DNA of 64,000 nucleotides from NCBI GenBank assembly GCA_050331735.1, contig JBHJGN010000008.1, positions 1-64,000 on the forward strand, read 5' to 3'. The stretch's first letter is position 1. The number at the start of each line of letters is the position of its first letter. This stretch comes from Cyanophyceae cyanobacterium. GTDB lineage: Bacteria > Cyanobacteriota > Cyanobacteriia > Cyanobacteriales > JBHJGN01. The notes under the pieces were generated by a model, which searched no databases, had not been told where the DNA came from, and worked only from the letters and a program-made list of their open reading frames with translations. Both the position numbers and the translations under genes were made by a program. Below are positions 40,042 through 51,082 of the stretch, piece after piece.

Positions 40042-40917
40042 ATGATTGAATCTTTAAGCAATAAAGTGCGAGATTACCTGCCAAAAAACGGAAGTGGGAG
40101 CGCATTTCATAGTTTTTCCGAAGATATTTTTTGCATCAAAGAAGCAGATATCTCTGGGTTGAACGAAACACTTTATGAGCCAGCATTATGCATCGTACTC
40201 CAAGGTGCAAAGCAAACAAGTTTGAACAATCGCACTCTTCAACTATCAGCTGGCGATTCTGTCATAATTAGCCATCACGTACCTGTGTATGTCAAAATCA
40301 CGCAGGCATCGGTCGAAGTTCCCTATTTCGCGCTGATTATAAAAATAGATCTGAAAATTATTCGGAGCCTTCATTTTGAGATTGAGCAAATCATTGAGAA
40401 ACAAGAACGTGCTTTTTCTGAATCAACAGAAAAAGCTGACAGTGCGCTTATGGATACCATTGACCGTCTCATAACAACTATGGAGGATCCGATAGAAGCC
40501 GAACTTATTAGTCCCTATCTTTTTAAGGAATTACACTTACGAGTGCTGCGGGCTGTCCATGGCGGAATGCTTCGCCAAATGATCCCAAGTAACAGCGCAG
40601 CCAACAAAATTGCCAAAGCGATAAAATACATTCGAGATAATTATCGTGCTGGACTCCTTGTCACTGAAGTTGCACGTGAAGTTAGCATGAGTGAGTCGTC
40701 TTTTTACCACAAATTCCGCGAAATAACAGGGACTGCCCCGCATAAGTATCAAAAAAACCTACGTCTTATGGAGGCTCACGCTCTTCTGTCATTAGATGGG
40801 TATTCTGTTTCTGCTGCAGCTTTTGCCGTCGGCTATGAGAGCGCAAATCACTTTAGTAGGGACTATTCAAAAAAGTTTGGAATCCCACCGAAGGAAGCCA
40901 AATCTATTGAAACGTGA
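40042..40917 (+). CDS. AraC-family transcriptional regulator (YqhC-like N-terminus)
   Basis: LYEPALCIVLQGAK; MSESSF..KF; VGYESANHFSRDYSKKFG. Confidence 0.92.
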   Translation: MIESLSNKVRDYLPKNGSGSAFHSFSEDIFCIKEADISGLNETLYEPALCIVLQGAKQTSLNNRTLQLSAGDSVIISHHVPVYVKITQASVEVPYFALIIKIDLKIIRSLHFEIEQIIEKQERAFSESTEKADSALMDTIDRLITTMEDPIEAELISPYLFKELHLRVLRAVHGGMLRQMIPSNSAANKIAKAIKYIRDNYRAGLLVTEVAREVSMSESSFYHKFREITGTAPHKYQKNLRLMEAHALLSLDGYSVSAAAFAVGYESANHFSRDYSKKFGIPPKEAKSIET

Positions 40918-41155
40918 ACTGTGAAAATATCTTTGTTATAGTGAAGAGCCTGGCTAATCGCTCACGGATAGAAAGTGGCAGTTCATCAAAGCGATAGTTG
41001 CCGCTTAGAACATTGATTTTCAGTCATCTACGAACTTTTGATTTGTGGTCTATACGATGTTTCTTCAGTTGCTTTGATCCTGCTATAACTTTGGCGATTG
41101 CAGTGCATAAAGAACACTCAGAGCGTCTGGCACAGTTACACGTCAGACGTTGACC

Positions 41156-42241
41156 TTATATCTTATAAAACTCAAGATCTGGACCAGCGAAGGGGGCTAA
41201 TGCATCGATCCGTTTCTGAAGTTCGGCTTGGTTCCAGTTCCATGTTTCTCGCGCTATGGCAGCATTTTGGGAAACCTGTTCGACACTTTCCATACCACTG
41301 ACAAGGCAGGTGACAGGCAGGGACCATGCAAAGCCGAAGGCATCCTCTAAGGAAATAACTTCTGGTATTACTGGCTTGAGGGAGACTTCTGTACGTCGCC
41401 AGCCCTGGTTTCCTCCGAAGAACCGTCCGTAAGCTAGCGTTTTCATAGCCAGCACGCCGATACCCGCCTCCACGCATCTAGGCAGCACATTAGTAACAAA
41501 GCTCTTGAAGTGAGGGTCGGCGGGGTTGACTGGTATCATTGAGGCGTCCATTTTCACCCCCCGTTTCTCAATCTCCTCCAGCATCTTGAGATGGCCTTCA
41601 AAGGAATCATGACCAGTGAAACCAATGTACCTAACCTTGCCCGATTCCTGGGCCTCAAGCAAAGCATCGATTATACCGTCTCGGATGCGCTCTTCCACAC
41701 GTTCCGGGGTTTCGAGGGCATGCACCTGCCACAGGTCTACGTAGTCAGTCTTCATGCGGGAGAGGGAAGCATCGAGATCCGCCAGAGCGTCCGCCCTATT
41801 TCTGGCCAAGGTTTTGGTCATGATGAAGGAAACATCTCTGTAGTTAGGCGTGAGGAATTTCCCATAGCGTTCCTCTGCTAATCCATCACTATATAGGGGG
41901 GCATTATCGAAGAAACGCACCCCCTCCTCTAAGGCTTTTTCGATGATAGCCTGCGCGTCTTTTTCCGAGGCTTTCCCTATGTGGTCTCCGCCCGCCCCCA
42001 GGTTGGTCACGACTGAACCAGACGAACCCAAATTACGCAAAGGCAGGAGCTTACCTAGCCGGTCAGAAGCGGAGGCATGAGCGGCGGTGGTGTCCTCGCT
42101 ATTGAAATAGCCAGACACTGTCAGACTGGCGGTTAAGCCCGCTAGCATAGCGATTAACTCTCTGCGATTTAGTTTAGACCTGCTCATGTAGCGGTCAATA
42201 GCTGAAGTTTCTAATCTATGACCGGGTTTGCGAGCTTTCAT
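41156..42241 (-). CDS. Aldo/keto reductase with twin-arginine-like leader
   Basis: FFDNAPLY, SLSRMKTDYVDLWQVH, GKVRYIGFTGH, LAMK; NRRELI leader. Confidence 0.88.
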   Translation of the reverse strand: MKARKPGHRLETSAIDRYMSRSKLNRRELIAMLAGLTASLTVSGYFNSEDTTAAHASASDRLGKLLPLRNLGSSGSVVTNLGAGGDHIGKASEKDAQAIIEKALEEGVRFFDNAPLYSDGLAEERYGKFLTPNYRDVSFIMTKTLARNRADALADLDASLSRMKTDYVDLWQVHALETPERVEERIRDGIIDALLEAQESGKVRYIGFTGHDSFEGHLKMLEEIEKRGVKMDASMIPVNPADPHFKSFVTNVLPRCVEAGIGVLAMKTLAYGRFFGGNQGWRRTEVSLKPVIPEVISLEDAFGFAWSLPVTCLVSGMESVEQVSQNAAIARETWNWNQAELQKRIDALAPFAGPDLEFYKI

Positions 42242-42351
42242 GCTTGAAGTCTCCTTTTTTGTAAGTGTTCCATCTTTACTTCAAATTCAACAAATATAAT
42301 GCGCTCTGGTTGTGAAAAGCGATTAATTAGATAGACTTTAAGTTCAACATC

Positions 42352-42973
42352 TTATGCAATGCTTCTCGCCAGTGAGCCGTAGCTAACGTCAAACACTTCA
42401 CCAGTAACCTTATCGGTAGCGCTTCCTGCGAAAAAGAGCACCGCCTTGGCAACATCAACCGGCTCTAAGTGTCCTACTGGAATAGGATTTTCGGGTCTCA
42501 ACGTCTCAGAGAGCATCTCGAAGGTTGGATTTGGCACTTCTGGCAACATTTTGCGTAAGATAAAATCGTTGTTAGCAAGTGGTGTATCTACCAATCCTGG
42601 TGCAACAGTATTGCATAGGATGTTGAACTGCCCGTAAGACAAAGCTGCCGACTTAGCAAAACCGATCACTGCCCATTTTGTCGATGTGTAGACTGGAAAA
42701 AGCTCGTTACCCATTCGACCAAGAGCCGATGAAATGAAAATAATTCGCCCAGAACCTTGTGGTTTCATGAATCCAACAGCCGCTTGAGTCGTTTTTACCG
42801 CGCCAGCAACGTTAATCTCGAATACGGTGCTGATCTCTTCATCTGAAAACTCTTCGATTGCACCTGCCTGTGAAACACCCGCATTGACAACCGCAATATC
42901 GAGACTACCGAATGTGTTTACAGCCTGTTCCATTGCGCGCACTTGTGCATCTCGATCGCGTACATCGCCTTTA
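42352..42973 (-). pseudogene. 5'-truncated SDR oxidoreductase
   Basis: GDVRD, NAG, YTSTK and PG.VDT are present. The N-terminal TGxxxGxG motif is missing; the fragment abuts the tnpA stub. Confidence 0.85.
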
Positions 42974-43078
42974 AGTCCTTATATTACCAAGCATATCAAC
43001 CGTTTTGGTAGCTATAGTCTCGATCTAAATCGTCAACCTCCAGCATTGAATTTTGGGTTTTCTCTGATTCCTATTTGA
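42971..43078 (+). pseudogene. tnpA: C-terminal ~35 codons of a Tn3-family transposase
   Basis: LSPYITKHINRFGSYSLDLNRQPPAL matches the Tn3 DDE terminal motif LSPxxxxHINxxGxY; it lies 18 nt inside the right IR. Confidence 0.8.
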
Positions 43079-43147
43079 TGAAACTTACTCTAGACAAAGG
43101 TTTGAGGGGGATATGGGAGTAAAATTCACGAATCGTTGCCATCCCCC

Positions 43148-43720
43148 AACTTGACTGACAACCCTCAAAACTTGATAAAGCCAAGTCTGCATTTTTATGC
43201 GCCTCCACATTTCAGATGTAATCTGATTTTCATGGGAAGAATCGACTAACACTAATCCGACCACATCTTCTGGATATTGACTCGCATACAGCCGCATATT
43301 GACTCCACCCAATGAGTGTCCAACTAAAATGTAGGGAGGATTAATTCCAGCTTTAGTCAGAAGTAAATGTAATTCATCAACGCTCTGCTGACTGGTGCGG
43401 GGGCTCCTGAGATTAGGATCGCTCCAACCCAAACCCGCTCGATCATAGGTGCAAACACGGGTAAATTTAGCAATTTCAGATGGAACCAAGCCCCATGTAA
43501 TTGAGGGAGCAGCACCACCAGCATCCATAACAACCTTTGGTGTACCTTGCCCAATACAGTTGAGATGTAGAAGAAATCCCCCAATATCCACAAGTTCACC
43601 CGGTGGAGGATGTCTGCGTCGATTTAAGGCTTCACTCACTGCTTGATAGAAAATCCCTGTAAGTAATGAGATAGCGGTAATACTTAGAGTAAGCATAGTC
43701 AAATTTTCCGTAATTGTCAT
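43148..43720 (-). pseudogene. Alpha/beta hydrolase 3'-truncated at the transposon IR
   Basis: YDRAGLGWS, LVGHSLGG, GLVLVDS. The frame runs into the IR (GGWQRFVNFTP) before the catalytic acid/His region. Confidence 0.82.
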
Positions 43721-44172
43721 AGCAAAATTTATAGATTTATACTGCTGCATTCAAGGTTATCTTTGCCACCAATTAGTTTGCGGCATAACTATTTATTAAA
43801 CGAAAACTTGCTGGATATTCGCTCTTTACAGGTTACAAAACAGAAACTCTCGGCGTATCTACCCCATACAGCATGAGATCAAGAATCTTTCAGAATGTTT
43901 GATATTTGTTGGCGATCTCGAGAGACTTTCTCGATGTTTGGAAGGTTCCTCTGTCGAAAAAACCTGCTCCGCCAACCGTCGGCATCAGAGTCCTGTCTGA
44001 AGAAAGATGATTTTTGGAAGGCTTTAGATTCTAATGGAAACCTGTAGGTTAACTGCTTGATTGAAAGATTGACACAGAACCTATTGAAAATTAGGTTGAC
44101 TTGCAGCCAAATATGGCCGCTGGAGCGATCGCTCTTGCTGCTGAACTGCGACACAATTTAGGAGAGTAACAG

Positions 44173-45357
44173 ATGGCGCTTTTAGCGAAAGAAGAGATTA
44201 AAACTTTAGTAGAACAGCCTCAAGGACCGTGCGTGTCTGTGTTTCTGCCCACCCACACAGCAGGAGCAGAGATTCAGCAAGATCCAATTCGCTTCAAAAA
44301 TTTAATGAAAGAAGCTGAGGAAAAGTTAGTCGAACAGGGAATGCGCCCAGCAGAGGCGGTTGAAATGCTCAAACGCGCTTACGATCTAGATAAAGCCAAT
44401 TTCTGGCGGCATCAAAGTAATGGGTTAGCGGTATTTGTTGCTAAAAATTTCCTTCGCACCTATCGCTTACCGCTAGAGTTTGAAGAGATAGTGGTAGTGA
44501 GCGATCGCTTTCATGTCAAACCCCTGATGCCCCTGCTGACTGGAGACGGCAGGTTTTATATTTTGGCCCTCAACCAAAAGCAGGTCCGCTTTCTCGAAGG
44601 AACGCGCAACCACATTAAAGAATACGATCTCAACAGCTTAGAAGATGTGCCGGAAAGCTTGAGAGAGGCAGTCCTCCAGTACGAAGACTCCGAAAACCAA
44701 ACTCAGTTTGAAACCGTTGGTTCTGCTTCGCCTAGTTCGCCCCCCGGATCTAGCCCCGGAACGTTTCACGGCAGTGGTGCTGATGAAGATAAACAGATCA
44801 AGATTCTGCAATTCTTTAACCAAGTAGATGCGGGACTGCGGGAGTTTTTCCAGGGCGATGATGCTCCGATGGTCTTAGTCGGTGTAGATGAACTGCTGGC
44901 CATTTATAAGGATGCCAATAGCTACCCCCATCTGCTCGAAGAAGCCGTGGCCCGCGAGCCAAAACTGATCAAGCCCGAGGAACTCCACGAACAGGCGTGG
45001 ATGGTGGTCAGCCCCCACTTCCAGCAGGCACGCAAAGACGCGGCTGAGCGCTACCGAGAGTTCAGCGGCAATAGCCCCGAGTTGGCATCTCACGACATTC
45101 GAGAGATCGTCAAAGCAGCTTACTACCAGCGCGTCGATACCTTGTTTGTGGCCATAAACCACTATCAGTGGGGACAGTTCGAGCTACAGGAAAATGCCGT
45201 CCATCTGTACGATAGCGAGGAAGCGGATAGCGAAGACCTATTGGATTTTGCCGCCCTGCATACGCTGCTCAACGGCGGTACGGTATTTGCCGTCGAACCA
45301 GATCAGGTTCCCTCTCAAGCTTCAGTGGCCGCTATTTTCCGCTTTCCAGGGGAATAA
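44173..45357 (+). CDS. Bacterial archaeo-eukaryotic release factor (baeRF)-family protein
   Basis: CVSVFLPTH...IRFKNL, FHVKPL, RVDTLFV, AAIFRF. Confidence 0.75.
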   Translation: MALLAKEEIKTLVEQPQGPCVSVFLPTHTAGAEIQQDPIRFKNLMKEAEEKLVEQGMRPAEAVEMLKRAYDLDKANFWRHQSNGLAVFVAKNFLRTYRLPLEFEEIVVVSDRFHVKPLMPLLTGDGRFYILALNQKQVRFLEGTRNHIKEYDLNSLEDVPESLREAVLQYEDSENQTQFETVGSASPSSPPGSSPGTFHGSGADEDKQIKILQFFNQVDAGLREFFQGDDAPMVLVGVDELLAIYKDANSYPHLLEEAVAREPKLIKPEELHEQAWMVVSPHFQQARKDAAERYREFSGNSPELASHDIREIVKAAYYQRVDTLFVAINHYQWGQFELQENAVHLYDSEEADSEDLLDFAALHTLLNGGTVFAVEPDQVPSQASVAAIFRFPGE

Positions 45358-45507
45358 ATGGATCGGGAGGAGGGGGCAAGCGGCACTTCCTTCTCCTCAG
45401 AAAGCTAATTCAGTCCGCTCAATCAGCCTGCTTGTCATTTCTACCAGGGGACTTTCTTGTTGAGATTCACTAACTGACCGCTCATACTGGTCACGAAAAG
45501 CCGAACA

Positions 45508-46614
45508 ATGAATAAGAAAGTCGTTGATAGCACTGAGATGGGAAAACGGAAACGGATTGGAATTTTGACCAGTGGTGGTGACTGTGCTGGCTTAAACGCC
45601 GTCATTCGGGCAGTGGCTCACTGCGCGATGGGAAATTACGGCTGGGAAGTGCTGGGAATTTGTCAGGCAACGCTCGGATTGATGCATCGCCCTCCAAAAG
45701 TAATGCGGTTCGATCTCGACAAAATTGACTCCTTGCTGACTATGGGAGGGACGGTATTAGGAACCACGAACAAAGGCAACCCCTTTGCTTACCCAATGCC
45801 TGACGGCAGTTTACGCGATCGCTCTGAAGAAATTATTGAAGGCTACCGCCACATCGGCTTAGATGCGCTGATTGGCATCGGCGGCGACGGCAGCTTGGCA
45901 ATCTTGCGGCGGCTTGCTCAACAGGGCAGTATTAACTTAGTCGGCATTCCGAAAACTATCGATAACGATGTCGGCATTACCGAACGCTCCATTGGCTTTG
46001 ATACTGCTGTCAATACCGCCACAGAAGCGTTAGATCGCCTCCACTTTACCGCAGCCAGTCATAATCGCGTGATGATTTTAGAAGTCATGGGGCGCGATGC
46101 GGGACATATTGCTCTCAATGCTGGCATTGCCGGAGGCGCCCATATTATTCTCATTCCCGAAATTTCTTACAAAATTGAGAATGTTTGCCGACAAATTCAA
46201 AAACGCCAGGTGTTAGGACAGCATTTTTCCATTGCGATCGTCTCAGAAGCCGTTTGTACCGAATCCGGCGAACAACTAAAGCTCGGCTGCGAAAGCGATC
46301 GCCTCGGCGGGATTGGACAGCACTTAGCCCAGCAAATCGAAACCCACACCGGAGCAGAAACCAGAGTGACTACCCTAGGACATATTCAGCGCGGCGGCAT
46401 TCCCTCTCCCCTCGATCGCACCCTAGGCTCGGCCTTTGGAGTCGCAGCGGTGGAGCTGATTAATCAAGGAAAATACGACCAGATGGTAACGTGGCAAAAT
46501 CGCCAAGTTGTGAGTGTTCCTATTTTAGAAGCGATTAAAGATTACCGAGCCGTCGATCCGCAAGGAACATTGGTGAAAACAGCCAGAGGATTAGGTATTT
46601 GCCTAGGTGACTAA
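45508..46614 (+). CDS. pfkA: 6-phosphofructokinase
   Basis: TSGGDCAGLNA, IGGDGS, PKTIDND, EVMGR, LGHIQRGG. Confidence 0.95.
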   Translation: MNKKVVDSTEMGKRKRIGILTSGGDCAGLNAVIRAVAHCAMGNYGWEVLGICQATLGLMHRPPKVMRFDLDKIDSLLTMGGTVLGTTNKGNPFAYPMPDGSLRDRSEEIIEGYRHIGLDALIGIGGDGSLAILRRLAQQGSINLVGIPKTIDNDVGITERSIGFDTAVNTATEALDRLHFTAASHNRVMILEVMGRDAGHIALNAGIAGGAHIILIPEISYKIENVCRQIQKRQVLGQHFSIAIVSEAVCTESGEQLKLGCESDRLGGIGQHLAQQIETHTGAETRVTTLGHIQRGGIPSPLDRTLGSAFGVAAVELINQGKYDQMVTWQNRQVVSVPILEAIKDYRAVDPQGTLVKTARGLGICLGD

Positions 46615-46670
46615 GCTGCACGAGCATGACCTAGAACTAGAAAGAAGATTTTCTTTGTGTTCCATCAACG

Positions 46671-47441
46671 TTAGGCGAAAGTAGAACCGAGATCGAGAGG
46701 AACATCCTGAAGACGACCAGGACCGACCGCTCGCACGGCTTCAGAGAGATCTACGTCTCCTGTATACAGGGCACGACCAACGATCACTCCAGACACTCCG
46801 ACAGGCTCTAACGACAGCAAGCTCAGCAGATCGGTTAGAGAACTAACGCCACCAGAGGCAATCACGGGAATATCAATCGCTGTAGCTAACTCTCGTAACG
46901 CCTCTAAATTAGGACCAGAGAGCGTTCCGTCCCTCTTGATATCGGTATAAATAATAGCGGCGGCTCCTCGTGCTGCCATATCCTGCGCCAAATCTAAAGC
47001 AGCGACTTGAGCGGTTTCCAACCATCCTTTGGTGGCTACCTGACCGTCTCTGGCATCAATACCCACAACGATCCGTCCCGGAAACTCGGCACTAAGCTGC
47101 TGGACGAGCTGCGGCTGTTCAACGGCTACCGTCCCCACAATCACTTGCTCAACCCCAAGATCGAGTAACTGAGCGATAGACGAGCGATCGCGCAATCCTC
47201 CACCGACCTGCACAGGCACAGGCACTGCCTGTACAATCGCCTCAATCGTTTCCCCATTAACAGGCTGACCCTGTTTAGCGCCATCTAAATCGACGACGTG
47301 CAGCCGCGTTGCTCCTTGTTCGACCCATCTGCTCGCCACGGCAACGGGGTCGTCGTCAAAGATCTGCGAGCGCTCGTAATCTCCCTGATACAGCCGCACA
47401 CATTTTCCCTCAAGCAAATCTATCGCTGGAATCACTTCCAT
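46671..47441 (-). CDS. hisA: ProFAR isomerase
   Basis: [37 protein letters not shown]. Confidence 0.96.
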   Translation of the reverse strand: MEVIPAIDLLEGKCVRLYQGDYERSQIFDDDPVAVASRWVEQGATRLHVVDLDGAKQGQPVNGETIEAIVQAVPVPVQVGGGLRDRSSIAQLLDLGVEQVIVGTVAVEQPQLVQQLSAEFPGRIVVGIDARDGQVATKGWLETAQVAALDLAQDMAARGAAAIIYTDIKRDGTLSGPNLEALRELATAIDIPVIASGGVSSLTDLLSLLSLEPVGVSGVIVGRALYTGDVDLSEAVRAVGPGRLQDVPLDLGSTFA

Positions 47442-47532
47442 GACCAGTGTCCTCACTTAATGTCCCAAGTCTTTAATCATATTGAAATTTGTTCATGGTT
47501 AATAGTTGATAGTTAATTGTTCCTATCAACCA

Positions 47533-47964
47533 TTAACCCCTCTCCCTTTCCCCCTTCCCCTTTTCCCGTCCCACCAGGGACATTTCCCCTTCCCCTCGAC
47601 TGGGTTGTTGAGACAGCAAAGTAAAGCTCACAGTGGTTCCCTGACCCATTCCTAAACTTTTAAGTTCGATGTGGCCTCCCATTAGCTCTACTAATCGCTT
47701 GCAGGTCGTTAAGCCTAACCCAGTGCCGCCGTAGCGCCGCCTCACAGAACCGTCGGCTTGCACAAACGCGTCAAATAACTTGTCATGCTTACCTGGCTCA
47801 ATTCCTATCCCCGTATCCGAGACGGAAACTTCGATCCAGGAAACCGAGGGTTCGGAGCCAGGAATTTGAACAGCTTTAATCCGCACCTCACCGCTATGAG
47901 TAAACTTAAAAGCATTAGAAAGCAGGTTTGTCAACACTTGCCGGAGCTTTGTTTCATCGGCTCA
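47533..47964 (-). pseudogene. Histidine kinase ATPase-domain remnant
   Basis: KLRQVLTNLLSNAFKFT, DTGIGI, GGTGLGL; in-frame TGA at 47962-47964; no HisKA domain upstream. Confidence 0.8.
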
Positions 47965-48121
47965 GACTGTATCGACGTCCGACTCCACAATCAGAGCCAC
48001 TCCTTTCTTGTTCGGATGTCGGGTAAAACCTAAATCTGTAAGCACGTGCCTGCTTCGCAGGAGCTTCGCTAACAACCATGCTCACATTTTACCTCGTTAT
48101 TTGTAAACACACAATTGGAGG

Positions 48122-48175
48122 CTGGCATTCCTCCCGCCATCAAGCTTTTAGCTTTGGTGGCGGGAGGAATGCCAG
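48122..48175. repeat. 54-bp palindrome (18-bp perfect outer stem), possibly an IS200/IS605-type end
   Basis: CTGGCATTCCTCCCGCCA...TGGCGGGAGGAATGCCAG. Confidence 0.6.
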
Positions 48176-48217
48176 AAAACAGATGAACGTCTTGGGAGAA
48201 GACAAAGAGGTCTGCTT

Positions 48218-48574
48218 TCAACCGTCAAGACGCGCTCCATCGCTCTTTTTTTTGCGTCCATACTGAATGCCCCACTGATGCATGGCATCAAGGATGGGCT
48301 GTAAACTTTTGCCGAGGGGCGTGAGGGAATATTCTACTTTGGGGGGAACTTGCGGATAGACTTCTCGATGAATAATGCCGTCTGCTTCTAATTCTCGAAG
48401 CTGCTGGGTTAGCATCTTTTGCGTCACGCCGTGTACAGCGCGTTGCAGTTGACCAAACCGCTTCACTCCCTCCAGCAATTCCCGCAGAATCAATACTTTC
48501 CACCGCCCTCCAATCACGGCTAACGTATTTTCTACAGGGCAGCTCGCTTTGGGAATAATTTCTTTAGCTTCCAC
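48218..48574 (-). CDS. HxlR-family winged-helix regulator
   Basis: [31 protein letters not shown]. Confidence 0.93.
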   Translation of the reverse strand: MEAKEIIPKASCPVENTLAVIGGRWKVLILRELLEGVKRFGQLQRAVHGVTQKMLTQQLRELEADGIIHREVYPQVPPKVEYSLTPLGKSLQPILDAMHQWGIQYGRKKKSDGARLDG

Positions 48575-48732
48575 AGTAACTTTTTGGTAAGTGGCTTACT
48601 TTAAAGTGCATTCTTTACATCATAACGGTAGATTAGATAAAGTTTAAATAGATAGAAAACAGCTCAAAAAGCTAGTAATAAAAAATGCTTTTGACTGTTT
48701 ATTTCTCTTCAACCTATCTACTAAAAGCAACC

Positions 48733-49431
48733 ATGATTACTCTTCGTAAAGCGCAAGAGCGCGGACATGCCGACCACGGCTGGCTCAATACTTATCATAC
48801 ATTTTCGTTTGCTAACTACTACGATCCTGAGTATTTAGGTTTCAGAAGCCTGCGGGTGATCAATGAAGATCGCGTCACTCCTGGTGCTGGCTTTGGAACC
48901 CACGGTCACCGAGACATGGAAATTATTACCTACGTGCTGGAAGGAGCGTTAGCCCATAAAGACAGCATCGGCAATGGTTCTGTGATTAAGCCGGGTGACG
49001 TCCAGCGCATGAGTGCAGGAACCGGAATTTTGCATAGTGAGTTCAACCATTCTGCGACAGAACCCGTTCATTTTCTGCAAATCTGGCTACTGCCCAACCA
49101 AAGAGGCATCCCGGCTAGTTACGAACAGCATAACTTTGGGTTGGCCAAAGAGCCTGGTCAACTGCGGCTCGTCGCTGCCCCAGACGGTAGAGAGGGAGCG
49201 CTGACCATTCATCAGGATGCTAGCATCTATGCGGCGGTGTTGAATGAGAGCGATCGCCTTTCCTACTCCCTCAATCCTCAACGTCACGCCTGGATACAGG
49301 TCGCTAGAGGAGCGGTAACCCTCAACGATGTTGCTCTTAGCCAAGGTGATGGAGCTGCGGTCAGTCATGAGACTGAGTTGGCGATCGCCGCCACGGCAGA
49401 CGCAGAGATCCTGTTGTTCGATCTAGCCTAA
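48733..49431 (+). CDS. Pirin-family protein (YhhW-like)
   Basis: [37 protein letters not shown]. Confidence 0.94.
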   Translation: MITLRKAQERGHADHGWLNTYHTFSFANYYDPEYLGFRSLRVINEDRVTPGAGFGTHGHRDMEIITYVLEGALAHKDSIGNGSVIKPGDVQRMSAGTGILHSEFNHSATEPVHFLQIWLLPNQRGIPASYEQHNFGLAKEPGQLRLVAAPDGREGALTIHQDASIYAAVLNESDRLSYSLNPQRHAWIQVARGAVTLNDVALSQGDGAAVSHETELAIAATADAEILLFDLA

Positions 49432-49454
49432 ACCCATTCCTTGTCTCGTTAAAT

Positions 49455-49481
49455 AAAAGGAAGGCACGTTGCCTTCCTTTT
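49455..49481. terminator. Bidirectional intrinsic terminator
   Basis: AAAAGGAAGGCA-CGT-TGCCTTCCTTTT between convergent genes. Confidence 0.8.
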
Positions 49482-49496
49482 CAAGTCTTCTACCAA

Positions 49497-50942
49497 TTAA
49501 TTTGCCTCTGAGAGAGGACTCTTGTCTGGATCTGAAGTTGCTGAATTTTCACTCATTTTGTCTTCGATTGACTTAGGAAGGACGAGATTTAAGAGCAAAG
49601 CGCAGAGAGACCCGACAGAGATGCCTGACTCCAAAATGCTCCGAATCTGCTCAGGAAATCCTGCTAACGCATCTGGAATAAACGTTACACCTAGCCCGGC
49701 TGCTAACGATGCGCCAACGATTACGAGGGATCTATTTGTCATTTCGATTTCTCGAAGGATATTAAATCCGGCAACAGCCACTGTCCCAAACATTAGTAGG
49801 ATTGCGGCTCCAAATACAGGAGCTGGAATGGCTGTGAGAACGCCTCCAACAATGGGAAACAATCCCAAAAATGCCAAGATTCCTGCTACATAGAAGCCGA
49901 TATAGCGACTGCCTACTCCGGTAAGCTGAATAATGCCGTTGTTTTGCGATAGCGTCACCGTTGGGAGAGTACTACAGCAGGAGGCGATGAATGAATTAAA
50001 TCCATCTCCAAGTAGCCCGCCCTTAAGTCGTCTGATGTATCTAGAACCTTTAATCGGTTCTCCAGTCACCATTGAGGTTGCTGTGATATCACCAACAACC
50101 TCTAATGAGGTAGCGAAATAGATAATAGCAAAGGGAATAAAGGCAGCAAGGTTAAAATCTAAACCGAACCGGAATGGGATGGGAATATTAAACAGAGGAA
50201 TGCTTCCCAGTTGGCTAAAGTCTGTCATGCCCATCAAGGCGGCAATAATGGCTCCTACCAGCAGTCCAATAATAACTGAACCCATTCTCAAAAAACGATT
50301 TGAATTAGCGCTACAGATAGCGACAGTCAGAAATACGGGAAAGGAAACAGCCCAGTACTTTAGGCTACCGTAGTCACCAGCTTCTTGTGCCACATCTCCC
50401 CCAGCCATATCGTGCATTCCAAATCTAATTAGAGTCAAACCGATCAGGGTTACTGCTGTTCCAGTGACAATGGGGGGGAAAATAACTTGAGCAAACTGCA
50501 AAAATCGACTCAGGATAATCTGAATAAATGAGCCAAAAAAGCCCAAGCCCAGAATAAGAGCGAGGGTTTCTTCTGGTGTTCTTCCTGCCGCACTAGCTGT
50601 AGCAATGACGCTGAAAATAGGAGGCAGAAAGGCAAAGCTTGGACCTTGAATACTGAGCAAGCCTGAGCCAATTGGACCAATTCGTCTTGCTTGAACGAAA
50701 GTGGCAAATCCAGCAACAAATAGAGTCATGCCAATAATGTAGCTAATGCTAGCAGCATCTAAATTTAGTGCTCGACCAATTAAAATTGCTGGAGTTACGC
50801 TAGGCACAAAAATAACACAAACATGCTGTAAAGCGACAAGAATTGCAGTTTGAAAAGGAGGATTATCCTCTAGTCCAAAAATTAAGGCACTACGATTCTC
50901 GCTGTCAGTTTCGGACGATGGGACAACTTCTACACCAGTCAT
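49497..50942 (-). CDS. NCS2 nucleobase:cation symporter (xanthine/urate permease-like)
   Basis: ALQH, GPSFAF, NAT signature SQNNGIIQLTGVGSR. Confidence 0.93.
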   Translation of the reverse strand: MTGVEVVPSSETDSENRSALIFGLEDNPPFQTAILVALQHVCVIFVPSVTPAILIGRALNLDAASISYIIGMTLFVAGFATFVQARRIGPIGSGLLSIQGPSFAFLPPIFSVIATASAAGRTPEETLALILGLGFFGSFIQIILSRFLQFAQVIFPPIVTGTAVTLIGLTLIRFGMHDMAGGDVAQEAGDYGSLKYWAVSFPVFLTVAICSANSNRFLRMGSVIIGLLVGAIIAALMGMTDFSQLGSIPLFNIPIPFRFGLDFNLAAFIPFAIIYFATSLEVVGDITATSMVTGEPIKGSRYIRRLKGGLLGDGFNSFIASCCSTLPTVTLSQNNGIIQLTGVGSRYIGFYVAGILAFLGLFPIVGGVLTAIPAPVFGAAILLMFGTVAVAGFNILREIEMTNRSLVIVGASLAAGLGVTFIPDALAGFPEQIRSILESGISVGSLCALLLNLVLPKSIEDKMSENSATSDPDKSPLSEAN

Positions 50943-51082
50943 AAACCATTCTCCTTTTTGAGAAAATTTACAGATTTTGTAAAACTTAGACTGACAAAAA
51001 ACGCTGTAAAAGACTATTCTCAGCTAGCTTTTAGGCTTCTCCAAAGAGTGTTGTCATTAAAACTCATTGAATTAAATGTTTT

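Larger units (their letters stand above)
39849..43147. mobile_element. Non-autonomous Tn3-family transposon derivative
   Basis: 51-bp terminal IRs starting GGGGGATGGCAACGATTCGTGAA (39849-39899 and 43097-43147, 48/51 identical), plus a tnpA C-terminal stub. Confidence 0.85.
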
